A DNA stretch of 64,000 nt from an uncultured Chloroflexia bacterium (GTDB lineage Bacteria > Chloroflexota > Limnocylindria > Limnocylindrales > CSP1-4). The notes under the pieces were generated by a model, which made no database searches, had not been told where the DNA came from, and worked only from the letters and a program-made list of their open reading frames with translations. The DNA lies in NCBI GenBank assembly GCA_963813535.1, contig CAWEZH010000003.1, forward strand, positions 352,001-416,000, in the 5' to 3' direction. Positions within the stretch are counted from its first letter, which is position 1. Each line of letters starts with the position of its first letter. A program made the position numbers and the translations under genes. Positions 42,589 to 50,295 of this stretch are shown here, piece by piece.

Positions 42589-44220
42589 TCAGCTCATACG
42601 ATGTTCGACCGCGAACGCCGTCGCGGCGGCACGCGACGTCACGCCGAGCTTCACGAAGATGTTGCTGACGTGACGATCCACGGTCCGTTCGCTGATGCCG
42701 AGCGCCGACGCGATCGCTCGATTCGTCCGCCCGGCAGCCACCAGGCCAAGGACCTCGGCCTCCCTGGTCGACAATCCGCCGGGTGCTCTCGGGGGTCGGT
42801 CGGCCAGTCGTTCGACGCGTCTGAGGTCCGGCTCGGCGCCGAGCTCTCGGAAGATGCGCAGCGCCGCATCGAATTCGAGCGCCGCGGAGTCGGCATCACC
42901 GAGCGCCTGCAGGGCTTGCCCAAGGTCCGCGCGGACTCTTGCCACGTCGTACGGCGCCTCGAGCGCGTGCCAGCCCGACTCCGCCGAGCGAAGTCGGCGA
43001 AGCGCCTCTCGCGCATCGCCCGTGGCCAGACAGACTTCCCCCTCCAGGCGGGCCAGGATCGCGTCGAGCATCGGAGCCGGGCGGTCCCGGTCCGCGGCGG
43101 CCAGCCCTTCCACAGCCTGGCCCGCTCGGTCGATGTCACCGGTCGCGAGCGCGATCTCGCCCAGGGCCGGCATGAGCCGGACGCGTGCGATGTCATCGGC
43201 AGCCTCCTCGAGCGCACGCTCGATCATCGATCGAGCCGCCTTGCCCCTGCCGCGGGCGAGCAGCAGGAGCGCGAGACCGGGCTCCGGGCGACGGCCCCAC
43301 TGGCTCGCCTCGCGGTAGGCGGTCTCGGCGGCGGCGAACTCGCCACGCAACCGATGCAGCTCACCCTGCTCGTAGTAGGCCTCGCCGACGGCGGGCTCCG
43401 GCGGTGGCCGGAGCAGCCACGCCTCCGCCCGTCGGGCTTCGTCGAACGCCGTCGCCCAATCCCCGTGGAACCGCATCAGCTCGCTCCGGTACACCAGGCA
43501 GCGGCCACGGAACGGGAGGCGGTCGGACTCGCGCGCGCTCCATTCGGTCAGCGCCTGGGTCCAGTCCTGTGCTCGACGGAGGTCGAAGATCTCGTTGAAC
43601 GCCTCGATGGCGGCGCAGTAGACGATGCCCGTCACGAGCGGTGATAGCTCGTCCGACGTCACCGCGACCATGGCATCGTCGAGCAGGGCCACACCCTCCT
43701 CGGTCTGGCCGAGGCCGATCAGCGAACGACCCTTGCCCAGTCGTGCCAATGCGCCGAGATCGGCGTCGTCGAATCGTGCGGCGTAGGTCGCGGCAATCTC
43801 GAACGCGGCGAGCGCCGCCGCTGGATCGGGCTCGACCTGGCGGATGCCGTCCGGGATGGCCAGATAACCCCGCTCGACGGTGTCGAGATCGTGCTCGTCG
43901 AGCAGGCGCGCCGCTCGACCGATCCAGCCGCCGCCCTGGGTGACATCGCCGCGCTGCAGGAACGCCATCCCGAGCCAGAACGCCATCCGTGCCGCGCGCA
44001 CGAAATCTCCCGCGGTCATGGCCGCGCGATGGATGCGGGCCGCCAGCTGACCGGCCACCTCGTCGTGCCCGCAGTACTGCGCTGCGAACCCGGCCATCTC
44101 GAGGTCGTCGAGCCCGAGCGGCGCCACCCGGTCCGCCTCGGTCAGCAGGTCGAAGGCCTCGGACCACGCTCTCCGGGCGTACGCCGCGCGGCCGCGCTCG
44201 ATCCGGTCGTCCACCGTCAT
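42589..44220 (-). CDS. LuxR-family transcriptional regulator with TPR-like helical N-terminal region
   Basis: C-terminal LSTREAEVLGLVAAGRTNRAIASALGISERTVDRHVSNIFVKLGV. Confidence 0.92.
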   Translation of the reverse strand: MTVDDRIERGRAAYARRAWSEAFDLLTEADRVAPLGLDDLEMAGFAAQYCGHDEVAGQLAARIHRAAMTAGDFVRAARMAFWLGMAFLQRGDVTQGGGWIGRAARLLDEHDLDTVERGYLAIPDGIRQVEPDPAAALAAFEIAATYAARFDDADLGALARLGKGRSLIGLGQTEEGVALLDDAMVAVTSDELSPLVTGIVYCAAIEAFNEIFDLRRAQDWTQALTEWSARESDRLPFRGRCLVYRSELMRFHGDWATAFDEARRAEAWLLRPPPEPAVGEAYYEQGELHRLRGEFAAAETAYREASQWGRRPEPGLALLLLARGRGKAARSMIERALEEAADDIARVRLMPALGEIALATGDIDRAGQAVEGLAAADRDRPAPMLDAILARLEGEVCLATGDAREALRRLRSAESGWHALEAPYDVARVRADLGQALQALGDADSAALEFDAALRIFRELGAEPDLRRVERLADRPPRAPGGLSTREAEVLGLVAAGRTNRAIASALGISERTVDRHVSNIFVKLGVTSRAAATAFAVEHRMS

Positions 44221-44239
44221 GGACGCTCCAGCCTACCGC

Positions 44240-45259
44240 CTAGAGCCAGCCTCGGCGACGGAACAGGATCACGAGCGCGACCAGCAGCACCGCCATCAGG
44301 ATGAGGATCAGGAAGAACGTGGCCACTTGACCCTCGCCGGGGAACGCCACGTTCATCCCGAAGATGCTCGCGATGAGGGTGAGCGGGAGGAGGACCACGC
44401 TCGCTGCGGTGAGGATCCGGAAGGAGTCGTTCAGTCGGTGCGACAGCACCGCCTCGTTCGTCGACTCGAGGCCCTCGATGACCTCCTTGTAGTTCTCGAG
44501 GGTGTCCCAGATCCGCTCGGCCGCGTCGGAGATGTCGTCGAAGTAGATCTCGAGCTCTTCCTGGAGATAGCGCTGCTTGGTGCGCTCGAGGTCGCGCAGC
44601 ACCGCGCGCTGCGGCCGGACGATCTTCCGGAAGTTGATGATCTCCTGCTTGGCCTCCGAGATGTCCCGGACGATCTCCGACGAGCGACCCTCGAAGATGT
44701 CGTCCTCGAGCCGCTCGAGCTTCAGCCCGGTCTTGCGCAGCATGGGGAACGACGCGTCCACCAGGGTGTCGACGATCTTGTACAGGAGGTAGCCGGTGCC
44801 CTTCGAGAAGACTTCTTCGCGCAGGTCCGGCTTCTCCCGATAGCGGTCGAACATCGCCGAGAGGGGCGGCAGCGCGATGTTGGGCAGCGTGATCAGGAAG
44901 TCCGCACCCAGGAACAGATCGAGCTCGGCGGTGAGGATGCGCCCGCTGTCCTTGTCGAACAATGGGAAGTGCAGCACGATGAAGACGTAGTCGTCGTACT
45001 GGTCGAGCTTCGGGCGCTGGTTGCGCGAGAAGACGTCCTCGTAGTCGAGCGGGTGGAAATCGAAGTGCTCTTCCAGCCAGTCGCGGTCGGCGGTACGCGG
45101 GGATTCGATATGGATCCAGCGGATGCCCGCGGCCTCGATGATCTCGGGATCCGCGACCGTGTCGGGCATGACGACATCGACCTCGCCACCGGAACGGCGG
45201 CGAGGGCGCGGCAGCGGACGCGGGAACGGCAGATTGGGCACGGCGGAATGGTACGGCAC
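44240..45259 (-). CDS. corA: CorA family magnesium transporter
   Basis: FDFHPLDYED, QRPKLD, two C-terminal TM helices with the GMN motif (IFGMNV). Confidence 0.93.
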   Translation of the reverse strand: MPYHSAVPNLPFPRPLPRPRRRSGGEVDVVMPDTVADPEIIEAAGIRWIHIESPRTADRDWLEEHFDFHPLDYEDVFSRNQRPKLDQYDDYVFIVLHFPLFDKDSGRILTAELDLFLGADFLITLPNIALPPLSAMFDRYREKPDLREEVFSKGTGYLLYKIVDTLVDASFPMLRKTGLKLERLEDDIFEGRSSEIVRDISEAKQEIINFRKIVRPQRAVLRDLERTKQRYLQEELEIYFDDISDAAERIWDTLENYKEVIEGLESTNEAVLSHRLNDSFRILTAASVVLLPLTLIASIFGMNVAFPGEGQVATFFLILILMAVLLVALVILFRRRGWL

Positions 45260-45264
45260 AGGGT

Positions 45265-46170
45265 GTGGTGACCGGACGCCTGGGCGAGCGGGTCGGGCCG
45301 CGGTTCGCTGCGCGGGTCGACGGCCTCGGCCGCTGGCTCGACGAGCACCCGTGGGTCGGGCCGAGCCTGGCTGCCGTCGCCTGGTTCGTGATCGTCGTCC
45401 TGTCCTCGCCGTGGGGTCGCCTGTGGGGAACCGGCCAGGACGCGTACTGCTACTGGTTCCCGTCGCTGGACGACCCCTACGCCCGCTCCGACTGGACGGA
45501 CCCGATCGCCTACGTGTACTCGCCGGCCTTCCTGCAGCTGCTGCAGCCGATCCGGATCCTGCCGTGGCAGGCGTACATGGCCGCCTGGACGCTCATCCTC
45601 CTCGGCGCGTTGGTCGTCCTGACCGGGCGTCGGTGGCTGGCCGTCGGCGTGGTGCTGGGGCTGATGGAGCTCGCAGGCGGCAACATCCACCTGCTGATCG
45701 CGGCGGCCATCGTGCTCGGCTTCCGCCATCCATGGACGTGGTCGATCGTGCTGCTGACGAAGATCACCCCAGGGATCGGTCTCTTGTGGTTCGTCGTCCG
45801 GCGCGAATGGCGGAACCTCGCGATCGCGCTGGGAGCCACCGCTGCGATCGTGCTCGTGTCCTTCGTCGTGATGCCGGATGCCTGGCGGTCCTGGGGCGAG
45901 GTGCTCAGCCGGGTCGCGGGCCGGGACGGCACATGGGCAGCGGTCCCCATCCCGTTCGTCGTCCGGTTCCCGGTCGCCGTCGCGGTGGTCATCTGGGGAG
46001 CGTGGACCGGTCGGCGCTGGACGGTCCCGGTGGCCTCGATGCTCGCGCTGCCGGCGTTGTGGTACGGCGGCCTGTCGATGCTCCTGGCGGTCATCGCGTT
46101 GCGCGAGAACGTGGAGCCGGTGCGCCCATCGGGTAGGCCGGTGGGGAGCCCGGCGGTCGCCCGGACCTAG
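45265..46170 (+). CDS. Glycosyltransferase family 87 (DUF2029)-like polytopic membrane protein
   Basis: QDAYCYW, YVYSPAF, GNIHLLI, LTKITPG, REWRNL; multiple TM helices. Confidence 0.75.
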   Translation: MVTGRLGERVGPRFAARVDGLGRWLDEHPWVGPSLAAVAWFVIVVLSSPWGRLWGTGQDAYCYWFPSLDDPYARSDWTDPIAYVYSPAFLQLLQPIRILPWQAYMAAWTLILLGALVVLTGRRWLAVGVVLGLMELAGGNIHLLIAAAIVLGFRHPWTWSIVLLTKITPGIGLLWFVVRREWRNLAIALGATAAIVLVSFVVMPDAWRSWGEVLSRVAGRDGTWAAVPIPFVVRFPVAVAVVIWGAWTGRRWTVPVASMLALPALWYGGLSMLLAVIALRENVEPVRPSGRPVGSPAVART

Positions 46171-46230
46171 GGTCGCAAGCCGCACGTGGACACGCCGGTC
46201 ATCCAAGTCGCGCGCGGCCGCGTATGGATG

Positions 46231-46292
46231 GTCAAACCCGTGCTGTTCCTCGCGCCGACGGTCGTCCCGGGGGGGAGGCCGTCGGCGCCTCC
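46231..46292. terminator. GC-rich hairpin between convergent genes
   Basis: GCGCCGACGG...CCGTCGGCGC inverted repeat. Confidence 0.4.
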
Positions 46293-46305
46293 GCCTTCAG
46301 GCTGG

Positions 46306-47577
46306 TCACGGCCCCGTTGCGCTCGTGGCGGGACCCGGATCGCGGACGCCACCTCGAGCCCTCGTCGCGATCACGATGGCACCGACGATCAGCACCCCGC
46401 CGCCGACCAGGAAGGGCGCGGGCACGCCACCGACGCCGACCACGACTGCACCGACCGACGGTCCGACGATCCCGGCCGCGTACAGCGGCAGGTAGACGAG
46501 GTTGAGCGTCGCCGAGCGTCGGTCCGCGGGTATGTCCGTCGCGAGCATCCCGAAGATCATGGCGCTGACCGTGGCGGTGGCGGCCGCGAAGACGACCGCC
46601 AGGCCGGACAGGGCAGGCACGGCCGAAACGAAGGGCATCGACGCGAGCACCGCACCGCCGCCCGCAAGGGCGGCGACCAGGACCGGTCGGAACCCGACGC
46701 GATCGCCGAGCACGCCACCGAATGGAGCGATCAACCCCCCGACGAGGGCCGACGTGCCCATCACCAGCGCGATCGCCGACGCGAGACCGGGACCGGTGCC
46801 GACCAGGTCCTCGACGACGACGGGCAGGTAGGGACGACTCATCTGGGTCGCCAGGAACGACACGCCGAAGATCGCGAAGATCCGCCGGACGGCCGGATCG
46901 GCGAGCACGCTGCGCAGCGCGCCGTACGCGAGGGCGAGCACCGGCCCCACCGGGACCACCGACGGTCGCACCTCTCGCGATCCGACCGCAACGAGCAGCG
47001 CCGTCCCGACCGAGAAGGCGGCCGACAGCCAGAACACGGCCGGTAGCGTCCAGCCCAGACCGTCGATGAGGATGCCGGCGAGGGTCGGTCCGAGCGCCAT
47101 CCCGACGACGGTCGACGCGCCGAAGATGCCCATGACCGTCCCCAGCCTGGCCAGGGGCGTCACGTCGCGGATGCCGGCGAGCATCACGCCGGTGTTGCCG
47201 AGCTGGAAACCGATCAGCAGCATGCTCAGGGCGAGCTGCCAGGGCTCGCGCGACAGGGCCACGCCCGCGAACACCACCGCCTCGACGAGCGCGCTGCGGA
47301 TGATGACGGCCTTGCGGCTGTACTTGTCGGCCCACACGCCCCACAGCGGGACGAGCGGCATCCCCACGACGAAGATCAGGGCCGTGAACAGGCCGACGAA
47401 CGCCAGCCGCTCGTCCTGGGGCACACCCATCTGCCGCAGGTAGGTCGGGACGAGGGCGAAGATCTGGCTGACCCCGAGGCCCTCGACCATCGAGGTGATC
47501 CAGAAGACCGCCAGGAGGACGCGCCAGTCCTGGCCGGACCGGGGCAGATCGTCGGGTCGAGGGATGCCTGCGCTCAC
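46306..47577 (-). CDS. MFS transporter (DHA1-like)
   Basis: WGVWADKYSRK and GVLGDRVGFR loop motifs, about 12 TM helices; GTG start at 47577. Confidence 0.88.
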   Translation of the reverse strand: MSAGIPRPDDLPRSGQDWRVLLAVFWITSMVEGLGVSQIFALVPTYLRQMGVPQDERLAFVGLFTALIFVVGMPLVPLWGVWADKYSRKAVIIRSALVEAVVFAGVALSREPWQLALSMLLIGFQLGNTGVMLAGIRDVTPLARLGTVMGIFGASTVVGMALGPTLAGILIDGLGWTLPAVFWLSAAFSVGTALLVAVGSREVRPSVVPVGPVLALAYGALRSVLADPAVRRIFAIFGVSFLATQMSRPYLPVVVEDLVGTGPGLASAIALVMGTSALVGGLIAPFGGVLGDRVGFRPVLVAALAGGGAVLASMPFVSAVPALSGLAVVFAAATATVSAMIFGMLATDIPADRRSATLNLVYLPLYAAGIVGPSVGAVVVGVGGVPAPFLVGGGVLIVGAIVIATRARGGVRDPGPATSATGP

Positions 47578-47609
47578 CGCTCCGAGCGTAGCGGAGCGCA
47601 CACTAAAGC

Positions 47610-47792
47610 GCCCGAAGGAACTGGTGGGAGGACCACCTGTCGGCTCGCAACGGCTCCGAACAAGTCCGGAGTCATTACGCTCCGCCCGGGTCCCTCGCTC
47701 ACTGGCCTTGCGGCCAGCGAACCCGGCTCCCGGGACCGTCCCGAGGATCGCTCCTCGATGCGGTCTGGCGGTTCGCACCTGCCCCTTCGGGC
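47610..47792 (-). ncRNA. Structured non-coding RNA, 6S (SsrS)-like candidate
   Basis: 183 nt. 5' GCCCGAAGGGGC pairs with 3' GTTCCTTCGGGC, continued by GGTG/CACC and ACCGCC/GGTGGT. Apical GGCC-GCAA-GGCC; GNRA loops and G-U pairs favour the minus strand. Upstream TTGTGG-N18-TACATT promoter. Confidence 0.6.
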
Positions 47793-47834
47793 AAGAGGAA
47801 ATGTACCGGCCGGGGCCACGGACCCACAACCGCC

Positions 47835-47909
47835 TTATCCACGAACTTCGCGGAAACCGCGGCGAGCTTATCCCCGACTTTCCGACCGATGTGGACGAGA
47901 TGTGGACGG
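47835..47909. promoter_or_regulatory. Cluster of four DnaA-box-like 9-mers
   Basis: TTATCCACG (47835), TTATCCCCG (47868), TGTGGACGA (47890), TGTGGACGG (47901); two forward, two reverse, against consensus TTATCCACA. Confidence 0.45.
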
Positions 47910-47981
47910 CCCCTCTCTGAAACACCGATGCAACATCCATTGCCCACGGCTCAGGCGTAGATTTCGATGGGAGGTAGGCCC

Positions 47982-48854
47982 GTGGCACGTCTGTTGGCCC
48001 GGCTCGTGGCCGTGAACGACGGGTGGGCGCGCCCGTTCGGTGCGTTCAATCTTCGCTGGACCCGCGCGGTCTTCCGTGCGATGACGCCGGTCCGCGACCT
48101 CCTCAACGGGCGCTGGCTCGGCCATCCGCTCCACGCGGCGACGACCGATATCCCGATCGGGTTGCTCCTCGGGTCGGTCCTCCTGGACCTGATCGGGCAA
48201 CCGACGGCGGCCGACATCACGCTCGTCGCGACCATCGTCTTCATGGTGCTGTCCGCCCTGTCGGGGCTCGCCGACTACAGCGAGACGACCGGCACGGCCC
48301 TCACCCGGGCCACCCTCCACGCCTCATTGATGACGGTGGCCCTCGTCATCCTGATCGTGTCGGCAGTGCTGCGAGGCGGCGCCCCGGCCGACCGGACGGT
48401 GCCGATCGCCCTGTCGATCGTCGGGTTCCTCTTGGTGACGGCCGGCGCATTCGTCGGCGGGGACGTCGCCTATGTGCTCGGGAACATGGTGAGCCGCCAC
48501 GCGTTCCGGGGCGCCGGCACGAAATGGGTACGCCTCGATACGGGCGACATCGGCGATCTGACCGCGCTTCCCGAGGCCACGCCCACGAAGATGCGCGCCG
48601 GGATCAACGACGTCCTGGTCGTCCGGATCGGCGACCGGCTCCACGCGCTGCACAACGTGTGCGCGCACGCGGGCGGGCCATTGAACGAAGGCCGTCTGGT
48701 TGACGGCTGCATCGAATGTCCGTGGCACTACTCGCGGTTCGACCTGGCCGATGGTCAGGCCAAGCGCGGCCCGACGGTCTATGACCAACCGAGCTACGAG
48801 ATCCGGAGCGCCGACGGTGGCGGATATGAGGTGCGCCGCGCCGCGACCGCCTGA
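47982..48854 (+). CDS. DUF2231-like membrane domain fused to a Rieske [2Fe-2S] domain
   Basis: LNGRWLGHPLHAATTDIPIG, four TM helices, CAHAG...CPWHYSRF; GGAGG RBS. Confidence 0.88.
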   Translation: MARLLARLVAVNDGWARPFGAFNLRWTRAVFRAMTPVRDLLNGRWLGHPLHAATTDIPIGLLLGSVLLDLIGQPTAADITLVATIVFMVLSALSGLADYSETTGTALTRATLHASLMTVALVILIVSAVLRGGAPADRTVPIALSIVGFLLVTAGAFVGGDVAYVLGNMVSRHAFRGAGTKWVRLDTGDIGDLTALPEATPTKMRAGINDVLVVRIGDRLHALHNVCAHAGGPLNEGRLVDGCIECPWHYSRFDLADGQAKRGPTVYDQPSYEIRSADGGGYEVRRAATA

Positions 48855-48920
48855 TCGCGAGCGCCCCATCGTCTCGCAGCGGCCACCACGCGTCGTCGCC
48901 CCCGCGGCATCATCCGACCG

Positions 48921-49442
48921 ATGGCGACCGTCGTCCTCCGCGATCCAAGCCTCGTCGTGCTCATCGGCGCGGCGGGCTCGGGCAAGTCGACGCTCGCCGC
49001 GCGGTCGTTCGCTCCCGACGAGATCGTCTCATCGGATGCGCTCCGAGCCGTGGTATCCGGTGACGAGGCGGACCAGAGCGCGACGCGTGTAGCGTTCAAG
49101 ATCCTCCACCACACCGTCGCGCGGCGCCTGGCCGCTGGACAGCTGACGGTCGTCGACGCGACCAACGCATCGGCGTCCGACCGACGCCCACTCGTCTCGA
49201 GGGCGCGCGCGGCCGGGATCCCCGTTACGGCCATCGTCCTCGACCTCGAGCCAGGAACTGTGCATGTCCAGAACGCCCGTCGACCTCGAGTCGTCGCTCC
49301 TGACGTCGTCGATCGGCACCTGGATGCCGTCCGAAGAACTGTCGCTGGCGATCAGCTGGCGACCGAGGGATTCGACCAGATCGTCGTTCTGCGTACGCCG
49401 GCGGAGGCCGCTGCCCTGTCGATCGAGCGGCGGAACGCCTAG
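48921..49442 (+). CDS. AAA_33 P-loop kinase (polynucleotide-kinase-like)
   Basis: LVVLIGAAGSGKST, VSSDALR, VVDATN. Confidence 0.85.
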   Translation: MATVVLRDPSLVVLIGAAGSGKSTLAARSFAPDEIVSSDALRAVVSGDEADQSATRVAFKILHHTVARRLAAGQLTVVDATNASASDRRPLVSRARAAGIPVTAIVLDLEPGTVHVQNARRPRVVAPDVVDRHLDAVRRTVAGDQLATEGFDQIVVLRTPAEAAALSIERRNA

Positions 49443-50272
49443 GCTGCCCCGCCGAACCCGATCAACGCGATGGACGCACCCGCGAGACCGATGCCGACCG
49501 TGTGGTCGCGGGTGACCGGTTCGCGCAGCACGACGGCGGCGAGAAGGACCGTCACGACCGGGTACATCGCCGACAACACCGAAGCGATCGCCAGCTGTCC
49601 GGTCTGGATCGCGGCGAGGTAGAACCCGTTCCCGGCCGTATCGAGGACGCCGATGAGGACCAGGGGAAGGATGAGGTTGCCGGGACGCCACGCAGAACGT
49701 GTCGCCACGATGGCGATGACGACCAACAAGCCCTGCACGAGCCGGATCGTGGCGAGATCCGCGAACACGTCGCCCTGGCTGAGCTGCGCGATGACCACCC
49801 CGAACAGGCCGATCGCCGTCCCCCCGGTCAGGGCCTCGAACAGTCCGCTCCGGCCGCCGGTCTCGTCGGCGACGCGGGATACGAGGATCACGGCAACCAC
49901 GGCAAGGCCGATCCCGACCACGACGAGCGGCGGCGGCAGGCCTTCGGTCAAGAAGCCGGCGACCACCGGGATGACCGCCGCCAGGACGCCGGTCACCGGT
50001 GCGACGATGCCCATCCGACCGATCGCCAGGCCCCGGTAGAGCATGGTGATGCCGAACGCACCCAGCGCACCGGCGATCGCGCAGATCAGCAGATCCCCGC
50101 CCGCGGGGAATGACTGGCCGAGGATGAGTGCGAGCGCGATGCACATCACCGAGCCGGTCGCCTGTGACACGAGCACGACGGCATAGACCGCCACGCGCCG
50201 ACTGGCGAGGCCGCCGCCGAAGTCGCCGGCGCCCCAGGCGATGGCGGCGGCAAGCCCGAAGATCACGGTCAC
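49439..50272 (-). CDS. DMT/EamA family transporter
   Basis: WGAGDFGGG, MGIVAPV, SAMYPVVTVLLA..VLRE. Confidence 0.9.
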   Translation of the reverse strand: MTVIFGLAAAIAWGAGDFGGGLASRRVAVYAVVLVSQATGSVMCIALALILGQSFPAGGDLLICAIAGALGAFGITMLYRGLAIGRMGIVAPVTGVLAAVIPVVAGFLTEGLPPPLVVVGIGLAVVAVILVSRVADETGGRSGLFEALTGGTAIGLFGVVIAQLSQGDVFADLATIRLVQGLLVVIAIVATRSAWRPGNLILPLVLIGVLDTAGNGFYLAAIQTGQLAIASVLSAMYPVVTVLLAAVVLREPVTRDHTVGIGLAGASIALIGFGGAA

Positions 50273-50295
50273 GGACGCCGCCGGGAACCCGTCGA

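Noticed and set aside
47610-47792. SRP RNA, RNase P RNA, tmRNA or T-box
   Set aside because: Lacks the SRP helix-8 signature, the RNase P GAGGAAAGUCC, tRNA-like ends and a proper T-box sequence.
47820-47960. Replication origin oriC
   Set aside because: Only four imperfect boxes, no AT-rich unwinding region and no dnaA, dnaN or parAB context.
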